This document shows positions 50,869-59,113 of a stretch of 64,000 nucleotides of DNA, piece by piece; the first letter of the stretch is position 1, and every line of letters starts with the position of its first letter. This stretch comes from Myxococcota bacterium (GTDB taxonomy: Bacteria > Myxococcota > XYA12-FULL-58-9 > JABJBS01). The stretch spans positions 1,623 to 65,622 of the forward strand of contig JAYZAY010000089.1 of the NCBI GenBank assembly GCA_036339465.1, given 5' to 3'. The translations under genes were made by a program, and so were the position numbers. The notes under the pieces were generated by a model, which saw only the letters and a list, made by a program, of their open reading frames with translations, did no database searches and was not told where the DNA came from.

Positions 50869-51615
50869 GTGAGGGTAAATGTGGATCAATTGCTTTTACT
50901 ATTGGGACGGCGAGTTCGTGAATTGCGCAAGGAACAAAAGCGGACGGCCCAGAATGTTGCCGAGGCGGCGGGGCTGAGTCCGCGCTTTTTTGCGCAATTG
51001 GAGGCTGGTCATGCCAATATCTCCATTGGGCGCTTGTCGAAATTATCCCACGCCTTGGATATTTCTCTCTCGGATTTGGTGGATTTTGAGCCCGAGGTTC
51101 CTCGTTCTATCGCACTGCTCGGTCTTCGGGGGGCGGGGAAGAGTACCCTTGGCCCGCTTTTGGCTTGTGCCCGCGGGCTTCGGTTCGTCGAATTGGACGA
51201 AGAGATCGAGGAAAAAGCCGGCTTAGCCCTGACTGAAATATTTATCCTGCACGGTGAGCGTTATTATCGAAGAATGGAAAGTGAATGTTTGAACGAGTTG
51301 CTGGATGGCCCCGAACCGGTGGTAATGGCACTTTCGGGTGGAGTAGTGCAAAATGGGAAAGCATTCGGCCGGATAAAACGGGACTGTGTGACCATCTGGC
51401 TGCGGGCGAAAGCTCAGGATTATATGGACCGTGTTATTGCTCAAGGGGATTATCGCCCTGTCGCAAACCGCTCTAACGCCATGGGTGAACTTCAAACTTT
51501 GGTGGACAGCCGCAAACCGTTTTATTCAGAAGCACAAATAACCATCGATACGTCGGGATTGAGTCCAGAAGTAAGCCTGGAAGTTTTGCAAGACGCTTTG
51601 TCGGATTTGTCTTGA
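50869..51615 (+). CDS. boxR: BzdR/BoxR-type regulator: XRE-family HTH fused to a shikimate-kinase-like domain
   Basis: 248 aa. The N-terminal HTH is RTAQNVAEAAGLSPRFFAQLEAGHANISIGRLSKLSHAL. The C-terminal AroK-like domain has the P-loop LLGLRGAGKSTLG and ELDEEIE. It is divergent from boxB. A GTG at 50881 preceded by GAGGG is an alternative start. Confidence 0.8.
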   Translation: MRVNVDQLLLLLGRRVRELRKEQKRTAQNVAEAAGLSPRFFAQLEAGHANISIGRLSKLSHALDISLSDLVDFEPEVPRSIALLGLRGAGKSTLGPLLACARGLRFVELDEEIEEKAGLALTEIFILHGERYYRRMESECLNELLDGPEPVVMALSGGVVQNGKAFGRIKRDCVTIWLRAKAQDYMDRVIAQGDYRPVANRSNAMGELQTLVDSRKPFYSEAQITIDTSGLSPEVSLEVLQDALSDLS

Positions 51616-52398
51616 TTTATATTTGTTCGAACCTGCCATTGGAGCGGCAATTTTGAGTATTTTTTCTGACTCTCGGTTATCATATCTGAATTTCCCCAAT
51701 GGTTTTCCTCCGTTGGGGCTTTGCATTATTTCCGCCACTACCGTTTCTCTAAATGGGCAGATATTCCGGCGAACCTTTTTTAATGCACCCAGTCATGGGG
51801 TGTCGGTCGGGAGAGAAGGACGTGGTGCCTGTGGAGGACCGCCTCACACCATCATTACTTAGAGGGGCAAACAACTCTGTGGCATGGCCTCTGTTGGTTT
51901 CGATAGCTCTAGAATCCGGTGCGATATTTTGCGTTGAGCCAGGCTAGACCACGTGTCGGTCGTGCCAGAAATAAAACCACCGCTGTGGATTTGTGTGCTG
52001 TGTTTCTAATCTGGATAATCTGTTTACAAGAAAAGGAACAGGAGGCTGGCGTGGTCTGTGTCGCCGCTGACCACGCTCGGTTGAGAACTTTTGGGTTACC
52101 ATCGCCTTTTCCCCTGGTGTTGAAATCACAGAGGTGAGGTAGAGCTGAATCGATTGAGGTTCTATCTCGGCCACCGAGCCTACTTGGGAAGGGGCGAGGC
52201 GTTTATTACCGGGTGGCCCACAGAGCTAGGTGGGAATGTGCGGATATTGGGAAGGTGTGTCTCTACTTTGGTGGCGCTTCTGGTTTGGGTGAATCACAAC
52301 CCCATGCTCTAAGGGCCAGGGGGAGCAAGGTTATGGGGGGGGAGTCCGCATTTTTCTTGGACTGTTTTTCCGGCCTGGCAAATGGTTGGCACGGGTTT

Positions 52399-52413
52399 GT
52401 TTGAGGCTCAAAC
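52399..52413. promoter_or_regulatory. 15-bp palindrome: candidate TetR operator or weak terminator hairpin
   Basis: GTTTGAG-G-CTCAAAC is a perfect 7+7 palindrome followed by GTTTTTGTT. It ends 84 nt upstream of the TetR-family gene start. Confidence 0.3.
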
Positions 52414-52497
52414 GTTTTTGTTCCGTGAGACTTAGGCTTTTTCTTTGTTGTAATCGGACGTTCGATTAATTATAGGGAGTCCATTGGAGGATATGCT

Positions 52498-53121
52498 ATG
52501 GGGCGACCAGTTGGGGCAGATGCGCAATTGACCCGTCGGCGGGTTTTAAATTGCGCTGCCATGTTGTTTGCGGCCCAGGGCAACGGTCAAACGAGCATGC
52601 GACAGATCGCAGGGGAGGCCGGTGTTAGTTTGGGTACGGTTCACCACTATTTTGGGAGTAAGGACGCACTCTATGATTCCTGTATCGAGGCAATGTACCA
52701 AGAACTGGGTGAATTAAGAGAGCACCTCCTGGGGGATTTTTCTCCGGATGGCAACCTTGAAGAGATGTTGGAGACGGTGGTCCGTGAGACTTTCCGTTTT
52801 ACGCGAAAGAAGGTTTTAGCGGTTCGGCTCCTGATGCGAGAGGTTGTCGATTCTGGAGCTGTGGATTGTGCAAAGAGGGACCGGTTTGTGGCTCCATTTT
52901 TGGTGGACGCGGCGCGGATGTTGGAAGTTTTTTTTGGCTTTGAGCCTTTGAAAGCACGGCTTTTGTTCCAGTCCATTGTAAACACGTTGGTCCGCTACGC
53001 CATGAGTTCGGAGCAAGAGTTGGCCAGTATGAGCGGTTTTAGTGAGAAAAAGGCGTTGCAAGCAGTGGAGGACCATTTGGTCGAATTGGTACACAGCCTG
53101 ATTTTGGTCGGGCAACGATAG
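52498..53121 (+). CDS. TetR/AcrR-family transcriptional regulator
   Basis: 207 aa with the N-terminal HTH SMRQIAGEAGVSLGTVHHYFGSKDALY. Confidence 0.9.
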   Translation: MGRPVGADAQLTRRRVLNCAAMLFAAQGNGQTSMRQIAGEAGVSLGTVHHYFGSKDALYDSCIEAMYQELGELREHLLGDFSPDGNLEEMLETVVRETFRFTRKKVLAVRLLMREVVDSGAVDCAKRDRFVAPFLVDAARMLEVFFGFEPLKARLLFQSIVNTLVRYAMSSEQELASMSGFSEKKALQAVEDHLVELVHSLILVGQR

Positions 53122-53130
53122 GAGGCTCTA

Positions 53131-54042
53131 ATGAGCAATGAAAAGATGGAAACCATGGTTGAGGTATTGCCCTGGAATACAAAATTCCAATTAGGGCCAG
53201 TGCTTACTCCGAAGCAATGTAAATTTTTGGAGGTGTATGGCTTTTTGCATTTCGAGGGTGTGGCCAGTGAAGAAGAGGTCGCTAGAATTATTTCAGAAAC
53301 GGAACGAATCGAGGGCGAGTGGAGGCAAGAAAATCGCTCGAAGGTCAATGGTATTCCCCTCTTTTGGGGGCGCGACGGGCTCAAGCGACCTTATCTTCAG
53401 CGTTGGGCGTTTACTTCGATGTTCTCGCCGTACATCAGTGATTTCGTGACCGATGGTCGCTTTGAGGCCATTCGAAAGTGTTTCGGGGAAGATGCCCGGG
53501 TGGGGGAGCGTGAAAAAGACGGGGTGGTGGTGAATCGTTATCTAAACACTCCGGAGAGCACGCGCACGCGTTTGGGATGGCACAATGATGGTTTGCGGGA
53601 CCTCTTCTATCTCCGGATGCCTCAAGAAATGCTTAATGTGGGATTACATCTCGATGATTGTACGGTTGATGATGGTGGTTTGCGATTGATTCCGGGAACG
53701 CAGAAGCAGGGTTTTCTGAAGATGTGTTTGTATAAACCCCATTTCATTGGCCATGGGGTAGATCGGCATGAGATTTGTGTCGAAACAAAGGCGGGCGATT
53801 TGACCATTCACGATGGTAGATTATGGCATCGGGTGGCGCGGTCTAAATTCACCGGCGAGCGAAGTTTGAGACGGACCATGTTTGTGCCCTATTTGACCGG
53901 CCCCTATGAGCCGAAAAACGAAAGCAGTGCCACCCCTGCCTATCATACGCTGGGGCAAGTGATTCGCTTTGTTCGGAATGCAGTTCAAGGGGTTTTACGC
54001 CGGTTTTTAAAGCCTTTTAGGCGCCCAAATCTTTTGACCTGA
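53131..54042 (+). CDS. Phytanoyl-CoA dioxygenase (PhyH) family Fe(II)/2OG oxygenase
   Basis: 303 aa. It has a YGFLHFEGV N-terminus, an HxD facial-triad segment GWHNDG, and distal His/Arg in TIHDGRLWHRVARS. It starts 9 nt after the TetR gene. Confidence 0.8.
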   Translation: MSNEKMETMVEVLPWNTKFQLGPVLTPKQCKFLEVYGFLHFEGVASEEEVARIISETERIEGEWRQENRSKVNGIPLFWGRDGLKRPYLQRWAFTSMFSPYISDFVTDGRFEAIRKCFGEDARVGEREKDGVVVNRYLNTPESTRTRLGWHNDGLRDLFYLRMPQEMLNVGLHLDDCTVDDGGLRLIPGTQKQGFLKMCLYKPHFIGHGVDRHEICVETKAGDLTIHDGRLWHRVARSKFTGERSLRRTMFVPYLTGPYEPKNESSATPAYHTLGQVIRFVRNAVQGVLRRFLKPFRRPNLLT

Positions 54043-54086
54043 GGATTTTTCAACAGTTTCCTGTATTTTCGTCGACCCTACTCAGT

Positions 54087-54842
54087 ATGAGTAGTTGCAC
54101 TATCTCGGTCTCTAGTCACCGTGAACGACTTGTGGAATTAGGTTATACGATTGTTCCCAACGTCCTTTCAAAGGACGAGGTCTCCAATTATCGTCGAGTT
54201 ATGATTGAATACTTTTCGTGTCACGGAAATCGAAGTCCTGACGGAGTTTATACTCAACCCGATGCCATCAACGTATTGGAACTTGAAGCCCTATGTGAAG
54301 TCTTTGGATTGAGTACGCTGAATCAGGTTTTGCGAGGGATCTGCGACGGGGAGTTGCGGTATCTTCATCATTTTGACGTACACATGAATATGCTTACCCG
54401 ATACCACGATGATACTCAGGCGAAATACCTTCAGGGGGAGTACAAACATCTCGCCTCGGAATCCCTGCACGACAAGGCAGATTACGCTGTTTTTACCATC
54501 GCTATTTATCTTCAAGATCATGTAGACGGGGGCGGCTTGTTCTTGAGGCCGGGAAGTCACCGTGACTTGAGTTGTTCGGACGAAGTTTATATTGGACCCA
54601 AGGCGGGGGATGTTTTGGTGTTTGATGCTCGGTGTGTTCATAAGGCTGACACCGACTCCGAAACCATGAGGGATGCTCCTAAGCGATGTGCGATTTTCTA
54701 TCGTTTGGGAAATAACTCACGACACAGCATTGCCCATGCCCTGGGAGCGATTTCTCGTCAATTAACTCAAAATAGATGTACGCAGTATCAGCTTCAGCCC
54801 CATGTCGCTTCCTATTTAGAATCACAGCAAATTCTATATTGA
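54087..54842 (+). CDS. Second PhyH-like / cupin-fold Fe(II)/2OG oxygenase (divergent)
   Basis: 251 aa with a LGYTIVPNVLSKDEV N-terminus like PhyH proteins. Candidate metal ligands are RYHDD and VFDARCVHKAD. The assignment is weaker than for the preceding gene. Confidence 0.5.
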   Translation: MSSCTISVSSHRERLVELGYTIVPNVLSKDEVSNYRRVMIEYFSCHGNRSPDGVYTQPDAINVLELEALCEVFGLSTLNQVLRGICDGELRYLHHFDVHMNMLTRYHDDTQAKYLQGEYKHLASESLHDKADYAVFTIAIYLQDHVDGGGLFLRPGSHRDLSCSDEVYIGPKAGDVLVFDARCVHKADTDSETMRDAPKRCAIFYRLGNNSRHSIAHALGAISRQLTQNRCTQYQLQPHVASYLESQQILY

Positions 54843-54885
54843 TTTGAGTTTGTTTGCGCTGCTGTGTTTGCTTGGGATGTTTTCG

Positions 54886-55788
54886 TCAAGTCAGCCCGTA
54901 AAATGCATTGAGCTTTTCATCCATGGCAACTTGGCGTTCGGATAGGACGGGCATTTTCGTGGGCATCACGCCGACCCAGCGTCTATGTATCTTACCATCC
55001 ACGAGCCAAAGGGTGGTCGGACTTTTAAATGTTAGAGATTGGTAGCGATAGAGTTCCATTTCCCGAGTTGTAAATTCAGTTCGCCACGATTTCAGGGTTG
55101 GGTTTTCGTCATGGTCTGGTGGAGTGACGATAAGGATTTGGAGAAAGGGGCTTGTTTCAAGATTGCGTAGTTCCTCAATAAAGCGTTTACAATGTTCGCA
55201 GTTGGGATGTAAGAAAGCGACGATGGCGGAAATTTGGTTCTCAAGATTGCTTTTTGGTAGCCAATGGGAACTCCAGTTTTTACCGGGTTTACTTTCCGAA
55301 AAATCTAAGAGCGGTTTGTCGGTGGAGCGTCCTGCGATGAAGATGCCCAGGCCTCCGAAGAGAATAATCTGTGGCCAAGAAAGGTGGCTGGGCTCTAGTG
55401 ATTCAATCAGGATCATGGGTATCCATAAGAGGAGGGCGGCGCTTAAATGAATGGTGATGCTTTGTGCCGGAGTCACGAAGAAAATTTGTCCATAACAACC
55501 ACAGTGACCGATTCTATTTTTTAGGTGTCCCCTGAGGGTGATGAGGGAGAATCCAATGAGCAGGGTCATGGCAGTGGGAATGGTGAGGGAAGGTGCGTGG
55601 CCAGAGAAGAGTGTGATTGCCAGTGCCCATTCGAGACCGATGATTGCGAGCGCCAAGGCGGGAAGGGTTTTGGCTGGCAGGAGACGGTGAAGGCGGAGTT
55701 GTTCTAGAAAAGCGCGGGAGTGTAAGGCTTTAGAGATGCCGCTGAGAAGGAAAATACTGGCTGCGATGGCCATTATAAATTTCGCCAT
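54886..55788 (-). CDS. MauE/DoxX-like membrane domain fused to a thioredoxin-fold domain
   Basis: 300 aa. The N-terminal half has about 4-5 TM helices (IAASIFLLSGISKALH...). The C-terminal half carries CxxC (HPNCEHCKRF) in a thioredoxin-like context. Confidence 0.6.
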   Translation of the reverse strand: MAKFIMAIAASIFLLSGISKALHSRAFLEQLRLHRLLPAKTLPALALAIIGLEWALAITLFSGHAPSLTIPTAMTLLIGFSLITLRGHLKNRIGHCGCYGQIFFVTPAQSITIHLSAALLLWIPMILIESLEPSHLSWPQIILFGGLGIFIAGRSTDKPLLDFSESKPGKNWSSHWLPKSNLENQISAIVAFLHPNCEHCKRFIEELRNLETSPFLQILIVTPPDHDENPTLKSWRTEFTTREMELYRYQSLTFKSPTTLWLVDGKIHRRWVGVMPTKMPVLSERQVAMDEKLNAFYGLT

Positions 55789-56026
55789 GGTTACCTATAC
55801 TATGAGGCATCATCATAAATTCCAAGACCCGACCGCTTTTAAGCTTGCCCCTCTATCTATGGGGAGGCAGTTTCCCCAGCATCTCGTGCTCGGGGGGCTT
55901 TTCGACTTGGGCGGGAATCAATTCCATCAAGCTACGGATCTTTGGGGGCATTGATTGACTGCGACGAGCCAGGACGATAGCGTTCCTGAGAATTTCTGCA
56001 CTAAGCGCTTGGGTCTGAGGTAAATC

Positions 56027-56806
56027 ATGGAAGTTACGTACAATAGTTATCTGAAAATTGATGAATTGCTGGGCCTGCAAAAGCCCCTTTCCGATGGCCC
56101 CGAGCATGATGAGTTTCTCTTTATTACCATTCACCAGGTCTATGAGCTTTGGTTTCAGCAGGTTCTTCACGAAATGGACGGTTTGGTGGCGGCTTTGGAC
56201 GAATCGGATATTCCCAAGGCCCAGAAGACGTTGAAGCGGATTCTGACGATTCTTAAAACCTTGGTGGCTCAGGTGGATATTTTGGAAACCATGACCCCAC
56301 TTTCATTTCTTTCTTTCCGAGATAGGCTTTCTACCTCCAGCGGTTTTCAGTCACTGCAATTTAGGGTCTTGGAATTTCGATTGGGCAAGACCGATCCCAA
56401 ATTCCTCCATATGCATGAAGAGGGCAGTAAGGGGAGAGCGCAGTTAGATGCAATTGTGGCGGGACCCAGTGTTTACGACAAACTGCTGAATCATTTGTTT
56501 AGGAGTGGTTACAACATTCCGCAAGAGGTATTGAATCGGGATTATACAGAAACCTACCAATGCTCTGAAGAGGTTCAGGACGTTCTGATTCAGGTACATC
56601 GTCATGATCCCACCAATGCCCAACTTTGCGAACTTTTTGTGGACCTCGATGAAGGCCTTCAGGAGTGGCGTTATCGCCATATCAAGATGGTCCAAAGAAC
56701 CATTGGTACCAAAAAGGGAACCGGCGGTTCCGGGGTTGATTATTTGTTGACGACTTTGTCCCAATCCTTTTTTGAAGATCTGTGGGCGATTCGAGCAAAT
56801 TTCTAG
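56027..56806 (+). CDS. kynA: Tryptophan 2,3-dioxygenase
   Basis: 259 aa with SYLKIDELLGLQKPLS, EHDEFLFITIHQVYELWFQQVLHE and GTGGSGVDYL, the conserved TDO blocks including the distal His region. Confidence 0.88.
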   Translation: MEVTYNSYLKIDELLGLQKPLSDGPEHDEFLFITIHQVYELWFQQVLHEMDGLVAALDESDIPKAQKTLKRILTILKTLVAQVDILETMTPLSFLSFRDRLSTSSGFQSLQFRVLEFRLGKTDPKFLHMHEEGSKGRAQLDAIVAGPSVYDKLLNHLFRSGYNIPQEVLNRDYTETYQCSEEVQDVLIQVHRHDPTNAQLCELFVDLDEGLQEWRYRHIKMVQRTIGTKKGTGGSGVDYLLTTLSQSFFEDLWAIRANF

Positions 56807-56865
56807 GGTTTGATTGAACCGCCAAGATAAGCGGGGGCCGATGATTTCTCGGCCTATTCTCCCCC

Positions 56866-57825
56866 TTATGCGGCCAGTCCGTTTTCTGTGAGCCGGTTGG
56901 CAAGGTATTCGCCCGCGGTCAGGGATGGATAGGTGGCTTGTCCGCCACTGGCATCGATGCATTTTTGAACGGGGCTCAGATCCACCTCCGGACGGGGATG
57001 GACGAAGAAGGGCATGGAATAGCGTGCTGAATGATTGTCGGGGGGATTGGTGACTCTATGGGTTGTGGATTTGATGATACCGTTGCTGAGGTTTTGTAGC
57101 ATGTCGCCAGAGTCGACAATGAGATTCCCCGCATGAACGTGCACACCAACCCAGGTACCATCTCGGTGTAGGATTTCGAGTCCCGGGGCTGTGGATTCAC
57201 AAAGGAGCGTGATTAAATTGATGTCCTCGTGGGCCGCGGCCCGAAGCGCGCCCTTGGGAGCTGTTTCCGGAAGGGGGGGGTAGTGGATGATGCGTTGGAT
57301 ACTGTCTCCGTGCTCCGCAAGGCTAGGAAGAAAATCGGGGCCCAGTTTGAGAAAACTACTGCAGGCCTCGAGGAGGGTTTTGGCGCAGGCTTCGTATTGT
57401 TTGTAGAGCCTGGTGAACGCATCGCGAAATTGTTGTGGCGCATCATTGGATTTTGGCCAAAGGTTTTTTGGGTAGACACGCTCGAGGGGATGTCCTGCTG
57501 GCAGTTGCTGACCAATATGCCAGAATTCCTTGAGGTCGGCGGCTCCCATTCCTTTGGCACGTTCCTTAGCAAACCCCACGTAACCGCGTTTGCCTAGGTA
57601 TTCTTTTTTTTCATAAGCGTTTTTGACTTCGTTAGATTGCTGGAAGAAGGCAGCGGCCACATTATAGGCTTTATCCACCAAAGTGAGATCTACAGAGTGA
57701 TTGGATACCGCGAAAAATCCCAGCTGGGTGAGGGCTTCACCGAGTTGTTGAACGAATTTTTGTCGTTCAAGGGCGTTACCATGAGTGTAGTGTTCTAGGT
57801 TGAGGGTAGGAAGTGTTTGTTTCAT
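56866..57825 (-). CDS. Isopenicillin-N-synthase-like Fe(II)/2OG oxygenase
   Basis: 319 aa with the DIOX_N-like N-terminus LPTLNLEHY. The facial triad is HEDINLITLL ... THRV, and the RxS-type 2OG-binding region lies near the C-terminus. Confidence 0.85.
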   Translation of the reverse strand: MKQTLPTLNLEHYTHGNALERQKFVQQLGEALTQLGFFAVSNHSVDLTLVDKAYNVAAAFFQQSNEVKNAYEKKEYLGKRGYVGFAKERAKGMGAADLKEFWHIGQQLPAGHPLERVYPKNLWPKSNDAPQQFRDAFTRLYKQYEACAKTLLEACSSFLKLGPDFLPSLAEHGDSIQRIIHYPPLPETAPKGALRAAAHEDINLITLLCESTAPGLEILHRDGTWVGVHVHAGNLIVDSGDMLQNLSNGIIKSTTHRVTNPPDNHSARYSMPFFVHPRPEVDLSPVQKCIDASGGQATYPSLTAGEYLANRLTENGLAA

Positions 57826-58161
57826 CGCTTGCCTCGGTGATTATTGGGGAGAATCAACGGCGCCTACCGATTTGATTTCACTTAGTCAAGAGGCCCTTGT
57901 GATGCACAGGGGTCGCACGTTTTTGGTGCGGACTTGAAAGAAACCACCGATGGCGGCCATCGTCTGTTCTTTCGCGGGAGCAGGGTCCTAAGGGGTGGAA
58001 ATAGAATGCCCATTTGCCGGTTATGGTCGTGGTCTGTCGGAGTCAAAGGGCGCAGGCTGTTCTATTCTTGCATCATGGGCTCAGAAGGGTAGAGTCGAGT
58101 TGGACGCCATTGCTTATAGAATTGAAGTGCTCCATAAATATCAAAATAGGGGGAAGCTGGC

Positions 58162-59109
58162 ATGGGTGAAGCCAAACTGATGACCTATCCTCGTGGTTGG
58201 TTTGTGATTTCGTTTTCCGACGAACTCAAGGTTGGGGAAATTAAAAACTTACGCTATTTTGCTCGAGACATGGTGCTTTTTCGCACAGAAGACGGGCAAG
58301 CATGCTTGATCGACGCCTATTGCTCTCACCTAGGTGCCCATTTGGGTCACGGTGGCAAAGTGGATGGCAAGAGCATTCGTTGTCCGTTTCACGCGTGGTC
58401 TTTCGATGGTCACGGTCAATGCGTGAGTACACCTTACGCAGACAAAATGCCCAAGCGAACAGAGATTGAATCTTGGCGGGTGATGGAACGCAACGGCATG
58501 ATTTTTATGTATCATGATCTTGAGCATGGTGAACCTGAATATCAAATTCCAGAGTTGCCGGAATACGGTGATGATGAATGGCTGGAGTGGGACCACAGCA
58601 TTTTACATATTAAAACCCAGCCTCGAGAGATTGTGGAAAACGTGGCCGATTTAGCACATTTTATTCCTGTGCACGGCACCCATCCCGAAGTTTTTGAAAA
58701 CGAATTTGTGGATCATATGGCCACGCAAATCAATAAGGGCATGACCTATCCCCGAGGAGGTGGCAAAGATCCCTACAGTCTTACGGCAACCTACTATGGC
58801 CCGGCTTATCAACTAACTCACATGGACGGCGTGCTCCAAAGCCGATTGGTCAATGCTCACACCCCGGTGGATGAACACAGCTTAGATTTACGTTTCGCGG
58901 TCACCCTCAAAATACTCAAAGACCAAGAGACGACTGCGGGTTTTGCGAAGCGGTATATTGAGAATCTTCGGGTGGGGTTTTTAGAGGATGTGGCAATTTG
59001 GGAGCACAAGATGTGGCGCGACCGACCGGCACTTTGTGATGGTGATGGACCCATCGGGAAACTGCGGAAGTGGTACCGCCAATTCTACACCCCGCGTCAA
59101 GCTGACTGA
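58162..59109 (+). CDS. Rieske [2Fe-2S] non-haem iron oxygenase, KshA/Neverland-like single-component alpha subunit
   Basis: 315 aa. The Rieske motif is CSHLGAHLGHGG...CPFHAWSF. A candidate downstream mononuclear-iron region is ENVADLAHFIPVHG. GGGGAA lies 6 nt upstream of the ATG at 58162. Confidence 0.85.
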   Translation: MGEAKLMTYPRGWFVISFSDELKVGEIKNLRYFARDMVLFRTEDGQACLIDAYCSHLGAHLGHGGKVDGKSIRCPFHAWSFDGHGQCVSTPYADKMPKRTEIESWRVMERNGMIFMYHDLEHGEPEYQIPELPEYGDDEWLEWDHSILHIKTQPREIVENVADLAHFIPVHGTHPEVFENEFVDHMATQINKGMTYPRGGGKDPYSLTATYYGPAYQLTHMDGVLQSRLVNAHTPVDEHSLDLRFAVTLKILKDQETTAGFAKRYIENLRVGFLEDVAIWEHKMWRDRPALCDGDGPIGKLRKWYRQFYTPRQAD

Positions 59110-59113
59110 TTTC

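Noticed and set aside
52387-52403. Sigma-54 promoter (TGGCACG-N4-...) upstream of the TetR gene
   Set aside because: The -24 TGGCAC is good, but the -12 element reads TGTT instead of TTGC, so it lacks the essential GC dinucleotide.
51616-52497. Known structured RNAs in the 882-nt block (RNase P RNA, tmRNA, SRP RNA, cobalamin riboswitch, group II intron domain V)
   Set aside because: No GAGGAAAGUCCGGGC/ACAGAAxCCGGCUUA signature, no tmRNA termini and no SRP GGAAGCAGCC loop is present. No B12 box follows the GGTGGGAAT/GGGTGAATC strings, and there is no domain V hairpin. The region is kept as an unexplained finding instead.
57995-58180. 61-aa ORF upstream of the Rieske gene
   Set aside because: It overlaps the Rieske start region, has no SD and has an unremarkable sequence.
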